Positions 23,372-36,019 of a stretch of 64,000 bases of DNA are shown here, piece by piece. The stretch's first letter is position 1; each line of letters starts with the position of its first letter. Position numbers and translations under genes: made by a program. The notes under the pieces were generated by a model. It was not told where the DNA came from. It did not search any database and worked only from the letters and a program-made list of their open reading frames with translations. This DNA is from Macrostomum lignano. Lineage: Eukaryota. The stretch lies in NCBI GenBank assembly GCA_002269645.1, contig NIVC01004018.1, forward strand, positions 1-64,000, in the 5' to 3' direction.

Positions 23372-23485
23372 ATGAGCCACGACCATGCCAAAATGATGAT
23401 GGGCGGCGGTGCCGACTCCGACACCGCTATGCCAGGCATGTCCATGCCTAGCAAAAACGGCTCCTTTGGCGGCCACATGATGATG
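23372..23485 (+). CDS. SLC31A1: Ctr/SLC31 copper transporter, coding exon 1
   Basis: MSHDHAKMMMGG...GHMMM Met/His-rich N-terminus; donor GTGAGA, phase 0. Confidence 0.9.
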
Positions 23486-23529
23486 GTGAGACCCTAGGGC
23501 TGAACTTGCTGCATTCATTGGGCGTCCGG

Positions 23530-23840
23530 CTCCCAGATCCTCAATTGCTGGGCTACTGCCACCATCCCAGATCCTCAATTGCTGGGCTACTGCCACCATC
23601 CCAGATCCTCAGTTGCTGGGCCACCCTCCAGATCCTCAATTGCTGGGCCAGCCTCCCAGATCCTCAGTTGCTGGGCCACCCTCCAGATCCTCAGTTGCTG
23701 GGCCAGCCTCCCAGATCCTCAGTTGCTGGGCCAGCCTCCCAGATCCTCAGTTGCTGGGCCAGCCTCCAAGAGTGTCAGTTGCTGGGCCAGCCTCTTAGAT
23801 CCTCAGTTGCTGGGCCAGCTTTTCAGATCCTCAGTTGCTG
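23530..23840 (+). repeat. Minisatellite in Ctr intron 1 (core CCAGATCCTCAGTTGCTGGGCC)
   Basis: Read directly; same family as 27720-29310. Confidence 0.93.
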
Positions 23841-23937
23841 GTCTACTACCATCCTGTAATCATATGTTTATAAGCGGATACTAGGCTAAGGCATCTACAA
23901 TATATGGTGGTTAAATGAGTTGATGCATTCGTTCCAG

Positions 23938-24004
23938 ATGTACTTTCACACGATGCTATCTGACTACGTGCTTTTCAAGCCGTTCCTAGTCACCAGTGCC
24001 GGTG
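23938..24004 (+). CDS. SLC31A1: Ctr copper transporter, exon 2
   Basis: TTCCAG acceptor; MYFH..VLF motif; GTACGT donor, phase 1. Confidence 0.9.
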
Positions 24005-24128
24005 GTACGTGGCTTGTTTTCATACGTAGCATTTATGTCTGCATTTGTGCTCTGTCTTGATCATACTACTGCTGAAAGTAGCGAGTACTGAATATTTAAA
24101 GTTAATTGCATTTTTTGCAAACTAACAG

Positions 24129-24306
24129 GCATGGTAGGCGCTTGCCTAGTGATATTCGTTCTGGCCGCTCTCTACGAAGGCTTAAAAGTGCTGCGCGAGC
24201 ACCTGCTAATTGCTAACGCCGTTGGTCGACGCGCCGGTCAGAACGGCGCCGGCGCCAGTTTTGTGCCGGACGGAACCCAACCAGAGACCTACGTGCCCAA
24301 GGGCCG
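24129..24306 (+). CDS. SLC31A1: Ctr copper transporter, exon 3 (TM1)
   Basis: AACAG acceptor; GMVGACLVIFVLAALYEGLK..RE; GTGAGA donor, phase 2. Confidence 0.92.
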
Positions 24307-24469
24307 GTGAGAGAAACGGAACTACTTAGAAACTAATTTGATTAACATACTGATCTCTTATTCGCCATTAGACAGTAATAGATCAGAATCCTTAATCATT
24401 TTAAGCGTCATCACATGCACATCAAGCGCAACTCCACCTACATTCCTACATTAGACATATTTAGGTTCG

Positions 24470-24665
24470 CATTAGGCATCATTAGATCCATGATTAGGCA
24501 TCATTAGATCCAAATTAGGCATCATTAGATTGAAAATTAGGCATCGTTAGATCAACATTAGGCATCATTAGATCCACATTAGGCATCATTAGATCCACAT
24601 TAGGCATCATTAGATCCACATTAGGCATCATTAGATCCACATTAGGCATCATAGATCCAAATTAG
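24470..24665. repeat. About 21-bp tandem repeat (ATTAGGCATCATTAGATCCAC) in Ctr intron 3
   Basis: Read directly. Confidence 0.9.
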
Positions 24666-24754
24666 ACATAAACACTCGTAGATATACATGAGACAACATT
24701 AGCTTTTAAGAAGCCATCATTCAATCCGATTTATTGAACTGTGAAATTCCTCAG

Positions 24755-24959
24755 CGATCTCGCCATGCTGTCGGGGGCGCACGCCCTCCAGACAGGCCTG
24801 CACGCCCTGCAGATCAGCCTGTCCTACGCGCTGATGCTGGTGTTCATGACCTACTCTGTCTGGCTCTGTTTAGCTGTCATTCTCGGCTCCACACTCGGCT
24901 ATTTCCTATTTGGCTGGCTCCGCCGCACTACCATAGACATATCCGAGCACTGCCACTGA
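24755..24959 (+). CDS. SLC31A1: Ctr copper transporter, exon 4 (TM2, TM3, C-terminus)
   Basis: CCTCAG acceptor; MLVFM (MxxxM), GSTLG (GxxxG), terminal HCH-stop. The four exons join in frame to 564 nt (187 aa). Confidence 0.95.
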
Positions 24960-25076
24960 GGCTTTTTTGTGACCGCTTGGATGTAGTGGGAATTGTGCGT
25001 CCTGAACTGAACTGTGTCCACTGAATGTAAGTTTTTGAGTCCACTTGTGTGTCTACTAAATATTTTGTGTCCTCCC

Positions 25077-26270
25077 GTGTGTCCATTGAGCAAGTCTTTA
25101 TTGTGTCCATTCATGTGTCCATTAAATAATTATCAATGTGTCTACGTCTGTGTCCATTGAATAATTGTCCATGTGTCCACATCTGTGTCCATTGAATAAT
25201 TGTCCATGTGTCCACACCTGTGTCCATTGAATAATTGTCCATGTGTCCCACACCTGTGTCCATTGAATAATTGTCCATGTGTCCACACCTGTGTCCATTG
25301 AATAATTGTCCATGTGTCCCACACCTGTGTCCATTGAATAATTGTCCATGTGTCCATTGAATAATTGTCCATGTGTCCACACCTGTGTCCATTGAATAAT
25401 TGTCCATGTGTCCATTGAATAATTGTCCATGTGTCCACACCTGTGTCCATTGAATAATTGTCCATGTGTCCACACCTGTGTCCATTGAATAATTGTCCAC
25501 GTGTCCCGCACCTGTGTCCAGTGAATAATTGTCCATGTGTCCACACCTGTGTCCATTGAATAATTGTCCATGTGTCCACACCTGTGTCCATTGAATAATT
25601 GTCCATGTGTCCACACCTGTGTCCATTGAATAATTGTCCATGCGTCCATTGAATAATTGTCCATGTGTCCACACCTGTGTCCATTGGATAATTGTCCATG
25701 TGTCCATTGAATAATTGTCCATGTGTCGACACCTGTGTCCATTGAATAATTGTCCATGTGTCCATTGAATAATTGTCCATGCGTCCATTGAATAATTGTC
25801 CATGTGTCCATTGAATAATTGTCCATGCGTCCATTGAATAATTGTCCATGTGTCCACACCTGTGTCCATTGAATAATTTTCCATGTGTCCACACATGTGT
25901 CCATTGAATAATTGTCCATGTGTCCATTGAATAATTGTCCATGTGTCCACACCTGTGTCCATTGAATAATTGTCTATGTGTCCACACCTGTGTCCATTGA
26001 ATAGTTGTCCATGTGTCCCACACCTGTGTCCATTGAGTAATTGTCCATGTGTCCATTGAATAATTGTCCATGTGTCCACACCTGTGTCCATTGAATAATT
26101 GTCTATGTGTCCACACCTGTGTCCATTGAATAGTTGTCCATGTGTCCCACACCTGTGTCCATTGAGTAATTGTCCATGTGTCCACATCTGTGTCCATTGA
26201 ATAATTGTCCATGTGTCCACATCTGTGTCCATTGAATAATTGTCCACGTGTCCAGTCCTGGGTCCATTGA
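25077..26270. repeat. Composite minisatellite (23-bp TGTGTCCATTGAATAATTGTCCA plus optional 12-13-bp TGTGTCCACACC)
   Basis: Read directly. Confidence 0.97.
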
Positions 26271-26805
26271 GAATGTGTCTCGAGTTTTTCACTTCAGTAT
26301 AAAACAATTTAAAAGTTTATTCTCTTGTGAAAGCATTCTATAAGGTGCGTCTATAAAAAAGAAGAAACCGTAATATTTTTTGCGAGACAGGCCTTTGGCA
26401 ACGCATAACTTTCAAGTGCTGCAATAACATGCTATCAATGCTTTTTGTTGTTTTTTTTAAAAAAACGATTTTCTAGCGTCTGTGTTGATTCTTTTGTTAA
26501 TCTTTTTTCTCTGTCCAATTATCGGAAAAACGCAGAAATTCAAATGGAAATTTTAATTTTCTTAGTTCTAGGTTAGCTGTCGTAGTCTGTTTGTTCTGCG
26601 ATTTTAGCTTTTTTGTTGAGGCACATTCCTGTTCTGCGTGTGCGTGTAGCGATGCCTGTTCCACTTATTATTGTTTAATGCAAACTGAAATTTGACTGCT
26701 TGACTCGTTAATTTTTGGTTTTTCATTGCGTCTGCGTTGTCTTCTGTAATCTGATTGTTAATCAACTCAGATGTGTGGATTTCCATTGAAATCTTGTCTA
26801 CGCAT

Positions 26806-26960
26806 TCTATCATCATTATATCCCTTCTATCATTATTATATCCCTTCTATCATCATTATATCCCTTCTATCATTATTATATCCCTTCTATCATCATTATA
26901 TCCCTTCTATCATCATTATATCCCTTCTATCATCATTATATCCCTTATATCATCATTATA
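26806..26960. repeat. 20-bp tandem repeat TTCTATCATCATTATATCCC
   Basis: Read directly. Confidence 0.93.
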
Positions 26961-27719
26961 TCCCCTCTATCTCTATTCCATCCCTCTGTCACATTCCATC
27001 TCCCCATCAGTAATCCATCTGTCATACTCATTACAATATATTCCCCTCCATAAGCATCATCTCCCAAATTCTCAAGTACAAACAGTTTTAGGCGGTGCAC
27101 TTTCTCTCTTTCAAAGGCAGGCAAGCTTTCAATAATTTATTTATTCACTGTACTGCGATGTATTAGTGATTTGTATGCGACAAAATTAATTTAAACACTG
27201 AAATCTATATATGCATCAATTATTTCATTTGTGTCGCCAGCCCTCGCAGTCGGGTTCCGTTTGGCGTTTTTGCTGACGGAAGTCAGTGCAAGAATTGCTG
27301 TATTTTTATTTAGGCTTCGTCGCGAGCTGTCATCTGCGTTTTCAGTTGCATTATTATCATTTGATGTTGACTCCGTTAGCTTTCTGTATTCAATAATAGC
27401 ACCTTCGTTTGTGTGCGTATTTTTCCTGCGTTGCACTACTTTCGGCGTCTGCAATCAGTAGTATGCCGTCAATATTATAAATCGGCCGGATTTTATGAAC
27501 TAGGTTTTGAAAAAAAGCTTTAGATTAAAGCGGCAAAGTCCTGTCCAAGACAGACTTTTCTTTTTGAAAACGTTGCTTCGTTTGCGAATTACACTCGATT
27601 TGGTCGTCGTAACGAACACGCGGCTTGTCCGAGCCTCTGTCTGTTTATTTGTTGAATACTTTTCTTTCAAGTTGCTGTTGCCGCTTCTGGCGCCTTTTTG
27701 ACTCGGGCATTTATTTCAA

Positions 27720-29310
27720 AACAGTTGTTGGGCCGTCGCCACCCTCCCAGATCCTCAGTTGTTGGGCCGTCGCCACCCTCCCAGATCCTCAGTTGTTGGG
27801 CCGTCGCCACCCTCCCAGATCCTCAGTTGTTGGGCCGTCGCCACCCTCCCAGATCCTCAGTTGCTGGGCCGTCGCCACCCTCCCAGATCCTCAGTTGCTG
27901 GGCCGTCGCCACCCTCCCAGATCCTCAGTTGCTGGGCCGTCGCCACCCTCCCTGATCCTCAGTTGCTGGACCACCGCCAGCCTCCCAGATCCTCAGTTGC
28001 TGGACCACCCTCCGAGATCCTCAGTTGCTGGGCCGTCGCCACCCTCCCAGATCCTCAGTTGCTGGGCCACCGCCACCCTCCCAGATCCTCAGTTGCTGGG
28101 CCACCGCCACCCTCCGAGATCCTCAGTTGCTGGGCCGTCGCCACCCTCCCTGATCCTCAGTTGCTGTACCACCGCCAGCCTCCCAGATCCTCAGTTGCTG
28201 GGCCGTCGCCACCCTCCGAGATCCTCAGTTGCTGGGCCGTCGCCACCCTCCCTGATCCTCAGTTGCTGTACCACCGCCAGCCTCCCAGATCCTCAGTTGC
28301 TGGGCCGTCGCCACCCTCCCAGATCCTCAGTTGCTGTACCACCGCCAGCCTCCCAGATCCTCAGTTGCTGGGCCGTCGCCACCCTCCCAGATCCTCAGTT
28401 GCTGGGCCGTCGCCACCCTCCCAGATCCTCAGTTGCTGGGCCGTCGCCACCCTCCAGATCCTCAGTTGCTGGACCACCCTCCGAGATCCTCAGTTGCTGG
28501 ACCACCCTCCGAGATCCTCAGTTGCTGGACCACCCTCCGAGATCCTCATTTGCAGGACCACCCTTCGAGATCCTCAGTTGCTGGACCGTCGCCACCCTCT
28601 GAGATCCTCAGTGTCTGGGCCAGCCTCCCAGATCCTCGCAGTGTCTGGGCCAGCCTCCCAGATCCTCAGTTGGTGGGCCAGACCAGCTTCCCAGATCCTC
28701 AATTGCTATGCCAGCCTCAGATCCTCAGTGTCTGGGCCAGCCTCCCAGATCCCCAGTGTCTGGGCCAGCCTCCCAGATCCTCAGTGTCTGGGCCAGCCTC
28801 CCAGATCCTCAGTGTCTGGGCCAGCCTCCCAGATCCTCAGTGTCTGGGCCAGCCTCCCAGATCCTCAGTTGGTGGGCCAGACCAGCTTCCCAGATCCTCA
28901 ATTGCTATGCCAGCCTCAGATCCTCAGTGTCTGGGCCAGCCTCCCAGATCCTCAGTGTCTGGGCCAGCCTCCCAGATCCTCAGTGTCTGGGCCAGCCTCC
29001 CAGATCCTCAGTTGGTGGGCCAGACCAGCTTCCCAGATCCTCAATTGCTATGCCAGCCTCAGATCCTCAGTGTCTGGGCCAGCCTCCCAGATCCTCAGTG
29101 TCTGGGCCAGCCTCCCAGATCCTCAGTGTCTGGGCCAGCCTCCCAGATCCTCAGTTGGTGGGCCAGACCAGCTTCCCAGATCTTCAATTGCTGGGCTACC
29201 CTCCCAGATTCTCAGTTTCTAGGCACCGCAACCCTCCCGCATCCTCAGTTCCTGGGCCACTGCAACCCTCCCAGATCCTCAGTCGCTGGGTCACCGCCAC
29301 CTATCCAGTT
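27720..29310 (+). repeat. Large GC-rich minisatellite with several unit variants (core CCAGATCCTCAG)
   Basis: 34-bp units on the left, shorter GTGTCTGGGCCAGCCT variants on the right. Confidence 0.97.
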
Positions 29311-29699
29311 CCTCCGACTGGTTGAAACTCTCCAGAGATGGCTCGAGTTATAAAACTTTAGAAACCTTTGAAACTTGAAGTTGCACATTGTATTTATTCA
29401 AAATTCGAAATGGAGCTCATAAAAACTTCATTTTATGTGCATACTTATCTTTACTTGCTTTGGTCTCCGGTTTCTGCAGAAAAGCAAAACTAAAAGCAAG
29501 TACAATGCCGTGCTAATTAAAAGGTACTTTCTCCATTTTGTTAAGTTTTATAGCTATGCAAGGAAATCATAGCTTGATGGAAGAAGCGTGAAGCACTCGC
29601 CATCTGCCTTCAATCTTTTCCAGTAAATGCAAATGAAAGCGCCTCATTTTTGTCTAAGCTGTATATTTACTCTTGGCTGATTGATTTTCTTCTTTCAGA

Positions 29700-30170
29700 G
29701 GCGTGTGTAACTCTCAAATTATTTGCTTCTGTCGCTGCTGCTTCAGCGAACCAAGCTAGATCACCTGTTTGTCTAAATGATTTGTTAAGGCAGCCTTCTG
29801 TTCTACATTTGTTAGTGATTTGTATTCGAACGCAGTGTATCTCCAGGCGCAGATGACCGAAAAATTGTCCAATTAGATGATGATGCACACAGTATAGTGC
29901 TTCATCCCCACCTGAACATTTCAATGGGGTTTTGCATTACAAGTGCAATCTATGAGCGTCATCACTGTAAGTCCTTGCCTGCCTGGGCCTCTTGAAAATC
30001 CTAAGCCAAATACTGATCGAGTGATTCTCATTAACAGTAGAAAGACCATGGGGTGTATTTCAAATCCACACATTTTTACTTTGTCTGTATCTCCAAGAAT
30101 ATTCAACCAATTGCCATGAAAATCCAGAACACGGGCTAAAAATTTCCGCTCTATTTGATGAAGCAACTTC
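29700..30170 (-). pseudogene. Possible pogo/Tigger transposase relic
   Basis: Weak motifs only: DFHGNWLNI (CENP-B-like FxASxGWL), LTVMTL..CN, GDE.L...IG; heavily frameshifted. Confidence 0.3.
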
Positions 30171-30289
30171 GAGAATCACGAAAAATTGGCATCGTCGAGA
30201 TATTCAACGATTTTCCTCGGGGTGCTGGTGGCAAAAACCACCAACATTGGCAAAATTTTTCTGCTCACAAAATCTCATCATGAAACCAC

Positions 30290-30690
30290 GTCGGCTCAAC
30301 AAACTGCATATCGGTCGTGAGGCCTTTTTCTCAGCGTCCCACACCCCAGGGTCCTCTTCATCACCGTCTGGAGCAACGGCGGCGACCGTCGGGACCTTCA
30401 ACAAAAGCACCGATCGGCATCTCAGAGACGGCTGCGTTCCCAAAACTGAAATGGAAGAATCCTCTTCTGCATGCAGAATTCAGTCAGTAGACACAATCGG
30501 TGAATGAAATAGACGATGGCGACCCTCTAGGCTGACCTGTAGACATACAGGCGACCTTCGGGACCTTCAACGGAGTGCCACCTTGCGGCCCTGATGAGCT
30601 GGCACCCCCAACATCGTGATTTTTCTATCAAGGCACCAAACCAGGCATGTCTGCATATTATAAAATGCATTTGCACCATGTTAAATTGGA
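30290..30690 (+). pseudogene. piggyBac transposase fragment (N-terminal part), inverted duplicate of 31695-32097
   Basis: 30344-30687 is nearly identical to the reverse complement of 31695-32039. Confidence 0.7.
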
Positions 30691-30740
30691 GAGTTACAGA
30701 TTTAACTGGCGACTAAAAAATAAAATATTTAATTTGTCAA

Positions 30741-30955
30741 AAATGATATTACATTATTTCAAAAATGATATTACAGCATGTCAAAAATGATATTACAAGC
30801 ATGTCAAAAATGATATTACAGCATGTCAAAAATGATAATACAGCATGTCAAAAATGATATTACAGCATGTCAAAAATGATATTACAGCATGTCAAAAATG
30901 ATATTACAGCATGTCAAAAATGATATTACAAGCATGTCAAAAATGATAATACAGC
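30741..30955. repeat. 22-bp tandem repeat TCAAAAATGATATTACAGCATG
   Basis: Read directly; lies at the junction between the two piggyBac pieces. Confidence 0.92.
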
Positions 30956-30974
30956 AAATTCAGAGCAGAAGGAT

Positions 30975-32097
30975 CTGAACAGGCAGTAGGACACACACGT
31001 GAGCTCCTCAGAAAACCGGAATTCGCTCGTGTGTGGAGCCATGGTTTGAGTTGAATTCTTGAGATCGGATGGCAGGCCACCACGAGTGCGCATCACTGTT
31101 CCAAGAAACGTGAATCCCATTTCTCGGTACAAGTGATTGGCCAGCGCAGGACTCGAGAAGAATCTGTCACATGTGATGCTGTGCCAGTGTCCTCTGAATG
31201 GATCAGCCAAGTGGCAAACAACTTGCTCACCACTCCACACCTCTGAGCCATTGGCCAGCCGAGAATCGGATTCCTGTGATGCAAAAGTAGTGGACAGCAG
31301 TGCCCTTTGCCAGTGCAGATTTACCATTGCGACCGTTGGGGCCAAGCCCGGATCCCGCGACAATTTCCGAGAACTGCACCGCGGTGTTGCTTCCTCGGGA
31401 AGGCGGGCGCCATCTGACGCCCGGTGCCATGGGCCCTGGCCCGAGCGCACCCGAATGGAAGAAGAAGAAGACCGGGCTTCTCTCGGTCTCGGTCTTAAGA
31501 AGACCGGGCTTCTCCTTCAGAAAGACCGTGAAGTCACAGTTCACACCCCAGTAGACAACCAGAGTTTTTTCGACGCAGAGGTAGGCCCGAAAAGGACAGG
31601 ATGGCGCAGCTGACTGACAAAGGTGTCCCACAGGCGTCGGATGCCGTAGAGCTTGTCCGTTGCGGCAGTCCGCTGACGATGTTTGGCAGTTTCGAATTTA
31701 ACATGGTGCAAATGCATTGTATAATACGCAGACATGCCTGGTTTGGTGCCTTGATAAAAAAATCACGATGTTGGGGGTGCCAGCTCGTCAGGGCCGCAAG
31801 GTGGCACTCCGTTGAAGGTCCCGAAGGTCGCCTGTATGTCTACAGATCAGCCTAGAGGGTCGCCATCGTCCATTTCATTGACCGATTGTGTCTACTGACT
31901 GAATGCTGCATGCAGAAGAGGAAGAATTCCATTTCAGTTTTGGGAACGCAGCCGCCTCTGAGATGCCGATCGGTGCTTTTGTTGAAGGTCCCGACGGTCG
32001 CCGCAGTTGCTCCAGACGGTGATGAGGAGGACCCTGGGGCCTGGAGTGCTGAGAACAAAAGCCTCTACGACAGATGGACCCAGATTATTGAGCCAAT
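30975..32097 (-). pseudogene. piggyBac (DDE_Tnp_1_7-like) transposase relic
   Basis: DKLYGIRRLWDTF, YLCVEKTLV, ITCDRFFSS..LA..L, FLGTVMRTRGGLP and CVSY motifs across frameshifts; no TTAA or TIR ends found. Confidence 0.82.
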
Positions 32098-32160
32098 ATG
32101 GATTTACCATAAAGGTTTATACAGTGTAGTGTTTGTTGTCCTTGCCACCAGTGTCTTCGA

Positions 32161-32500
32161 CAATCTCCTCAGTGCTAGCCGTCCCCAATGCACAGAGATG
32201 GGCCTCCAATCTCCTCAGTGCTAGCCGTCCCCAATGCACAGAGATGGGCCTCCAATCTCCTCAGTGCTAGCCGTCCCCAATGCACAGAGATGGGCCTCCA
32301 ATCTCCTCAGTGCTAGCCGTCCCCAATGCACAGAGATGGGCCTCCAATCTCCTCAGTGCTAGCCGTCCCCAATGCACAGAGATGGGCCTCCAATCTCCTC
32401 AGTGCTAGCCGCTCCCAATGCACAGAGATGGGCCTCCAATCTCCTCAGTGCTAGCCGTCCCCAATGCACAGAGATGGGCCTCCAATCTCCTCAGTGCTAG
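32161..32500. repeat. 46-bp tandem repeat, about 7.4 copies
   Basis: Unit CAATCTCCTCAGTGCTAGCCGTCCCCAATGCACAGAGATGGGCCTC, head to tail with no spacers. Confidence 0.97.
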
Positions 32501-32892
32501 CAGCAATATCCGTGGTGTCCATAGCTACAGAACTGACAGAACGCATGGCTTGCTATATCCACTGTACATGTACAGCTAATTACGCTTGTCTGCCCACCTA
32601 TTCGCTTGTTTAAAGGAATTCCCGTAGTAATCAGGTAGCTGCTATGTAACAGGCAATTCTTCTAGCCGCTGGCCATTGTGGAATGTTAATTAGACCAGCT
32701 CCTGCAGCACGCCTAATGCTTGCTTGGATGCACAAGGGATCTGAGCAGCCCCACGCTAAACGCATCTGCAGACTCTCGCGCCATGACCCCTGGATCCTGC
32801 GTCACCTGCTCTGAGATCTGAGAAAAGTTGAACACTGGTTACGAGGTGGAATCTTAAATATGTTTAAGAGATTATAGTGTCTCTGATATTCT

Positions 32893-33292
32893 GCTGAGAT
32901 TTCAAGGCTTACAGATGGAATTGCTGAGATGTCAAGGCTTACAGAGGGAATTGCTGAGATGTCAAGGCTTACAGATGGAATTGCTGAGATGTCAAGGCTT
33001 GCTGAGGGAATTTCTGAGATGTCAAGGCTTGCTGAGGGAATTGCTGAGATGTCAAGGCTTGCTGAGGGAATTGCTGAGATGTCAAGGCTTACAGATGGAA
33101 TTGCTGAGATGTCAAGGCTTGCTGAGGGAATTGCTGAGATGTCAAGGCTTGCTGAGGGAATTGCTGAGATGTCAAGGCTTGCTGAGGGAATTGCTGAGAT
33201 GTCAAGGCTTACAGATGGAATTGCTGAGATGTCAAGGCTTGCTGAGGGAATTGCTGAGATGTCAAGGCTTACTGAGAATTGCTGAGATGTCA
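32893..33292. repeat. 30-bp tandem repeat with two alternating variants
   Basis: TGCTGAGATGTCAAGGCTT(ACAGATG/GCTGAGG)GAAT. Confidence 0.96.
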
Positions 33293-34639
33293 AGGCTATC
33301 GTCAGAAACTAAATGTAGTGCATTAAGAAAATTATTGCATTCTTTGTTGGCTGCCCAACGGGGTGCTGACTGCTATAGTACATGTACTTTACTACAAATC
33401 GCAATTGCAGCAACTGAGTTTTGGCTGCCACGCACATCTGGCCTGCTTCAGACGTGGTCACTGCAGGAGCACTTTTTGCCTGCACCCTTCCCGGCGGTAA
33501 AAATCACGACGAAATGACGTCGAAAAGCGACGTCGAAATTTCATGTCGATTTGAACCACGATTTCGACGTCGAAATTTTCGCCATCAGATGTCGAGTATG
33601 CGACGTCGCGTTTTCCACTATTGATGGCGAAAAATCGACGTCGTTTATACTCGTAGATCACAGAAAGCAAATGGCGATTTTCGACAAATTTTCGATTTTT
33701 TAAATCTATATACTAGTACTTAATATTATTAATATGCTAGTAGTGCATTGTTTCATACAATTAGCCATAACCTACATGTAGGTAACTTACAGCTGACGAA
33801 ACATACATTTTAATTCATACGCTGAAACACTCTAAGTAGGAAAGAAGTGTTAAGGCATAAAAATGTTAAATAAGGCTGGCGTTTCATTTGCTATTCGAGC
33901 AAATTGCAATTATTCTGCAACCATGAAAAAAGTATCCTACCGTGTATTCAATTCCAATTCACCAACAATTGGAAACGATCATGTAAATCGGCATCAAGCA
34001 ATTGCGAACAGAAAGCAATGATGAGAAAAAACAATAAAAAAAAACATTGAGCAATGATACACGCAATGGGCAATGGCGACAGAGTATACATTCAATACAG
34101 TAGTAGACTTTATGGCAACATCTAAATATACTAAATCCTATGTACAAAATCTCTAGTCCATATACTAAAAATGCTTTGTCTTTGATATACTCAACTACAT
34201 GCATCCAATAGCATCATAGAAAACAATGGTAGGGTTTATAAGCATGCTACGTGCGCTCATGTTTTCCATAAGTAGCTATTACAATACGTTAAACACAGCA
34301 TACTAAATATATTTATTGTCTTTTTTGTTTTAATAATTTTTTGTTTGGCTTAGAGCTCAACAATCATTTGGTCATTGCTTCTGTTTTTACTGTGGCTATG
34401 AGCATATGCTAAAGATACTAAACTATAATATATTTACTTTCTGAAATTTTGCCCTTAATAAAAAACTAGCAAAAGCATGAAATAATGGACTAAATATAAT
34501 ATTGAGTCTATCTAGAACTACGCTCAAAAATGTAGAATGTGAAATAATAATGAGAGTTGAGACGCAACAATAGCAGCAAAGCAAATAAAGGAGGAAAATG
34601 AACAATTACATTGTTGTTTCTCTTGAATGGAAAGTTAAG

Positions 34640-35105
34640 GAACAGCAATGGCAGCAAAACAATGGAAAAATGAGGAACAAAAATGGCAGCAAAACAATGG
34701 AAAAATGAGGAACAAAAATAACAGCAAAACAATGGAAAAATGAGGAACAAAAATGGCAGCAAAACAATGGAAAAATGAGGAACAAAAATGGCAGCAAAAC
34801 AATGGAAAAATGAGGAACAAAAATGGCAGCAAAACAATGGAAAAATGAGGAACAGCAATGACAGCAAAACAAACAATGGAAAAATGAAGAACAGCAATGA
34901 CAGCAAAACAATGGAAAATGAGGAACAACAATGGCAGCAAAACAATGGAAAAATGAGGAACAGCAATGACAGCAAAACAATGGAAAAATGAGGAACAGCA
35001 ATGGCAGCAAATCAAACAATAGAAAAATGAGGAACAGCAATGGAAGCAAATCAAACAATAGAAAAATGAGGAACAGCAATGACAGCAAAACAAACAATAA
35101 AAATG
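34640..35105. repeat. 35-bp A-rich minisatellite inside the EnSpm element
   Basis: AACAATGGAAAAATGAGGAACAAAAATGGCAGCAA; a remnant resumes after 36020. Confidence 0.92.
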
Positions 35106-35111
35106 AGGATC

Positions 35112-36019
35112 AAACCACCAGACACCCCCTCGTCATTTCGACCAATTGCCCTGACCAGCAGTATATGCGAAATATGGGAAAACTATGTGTACGCCTATCT
35201 GGAACGCGAACACAAGCTAACACCCGAACACCCGAACCTTGAGTAAAGAACGTGTGCTCGAGGAGGGCCTCCCCCAGGGCAGCGTCATCGCCCCGACCCT
35301 GTGGACTGTCTACGTGAACGACCTCCCAGCGACCATTCAAGTGGCCAGCCCGCAGTGCAACGTCAACCTCTACGCCGACGACAGCTCGCTGGTCGCCACC
35401 TGCCACAAGCTCGCCATCTGCGCTGGCGTCCTCCAGCCAGCCCTCAACGCAGCCGCCGACTGGTGTCACAGGTGGAAAGTCGTCCTTGGTCGTCCAAGGT
35501 CGTCCTAGTCGTCCCTTTACTCTCTCCCAGACAGAGAACAACGACAAATCTCGGCTACAGCTCACTGTCGACGGTAAAGAGCTAAAGTACGACCCACACC
35601 CGCGCCTGCGAGGCGTCACTCTGGACGACCAGCTCACATTCAACAAGCACGGCGCTGAGATCAAGACCCGCATGGCCCGCCGCAGAGGTGCCCTCCTGGC
35701 CATCGCTCATCGCGACAGCGGTGCGGACCAGACGAGCCTACCTGGCGACTATTAGAGCCTGCGCTGATTACGGGTGCGGAGTCTGGCTTCCCCAGTACCT
35801 TTCGCACCATCGAGCAACAGCAGACGGTGTGCGCACGCCTAATAACAGGTTGCAGCACCAACCCTAACGAAACCACCCTCAACCTCGAGCAACTCCCGCC
35901 GCTAAGCACCGTGGCCAATGAGAGAGCTGCCATGCTTCGGGAACGTCAAGGCGTGACGGGAAGAAGAAGAAGAAGAAGAAGAAGAAGAAGAAGAAGAAGA
36001 AGAAGAAGAAGAAGAAGAA
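35112..36019 (+). pseudogene. Internally deleted LINE RT fragment with (AAG)n tail, inserted in the minisatellite
   Basis: PSSFRPIALTS jumps almost directly to GLPQGSVIAPTLW..YVNDL..LYADD, then LRGVTLD..LTF; ends in about 20 AAG repeats at 35960-36019. Confidence 0.85.

Noticed and set aside
26604-27454. Two short minus-strand ORFs as exons of a third gene
   Set aside because: No recognisable domain and no consistent splice sites found.
25111-29353. Long ORFs of 200-487 aa in satellites (also 43966-45188, 51525-52591, 55662-56213, 56445-57873)
   Set aside because: They are translations of stop-free tandem repeats, usually open in several frames, with no splice or domain support.
32161-32500. 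CRISPR-like appearance of 46-bp repeats (also 51538-52600, 55707-56172)
   Set aside because: Units abut with no unique spacers, no cas genes, and the context is eukaryotic.
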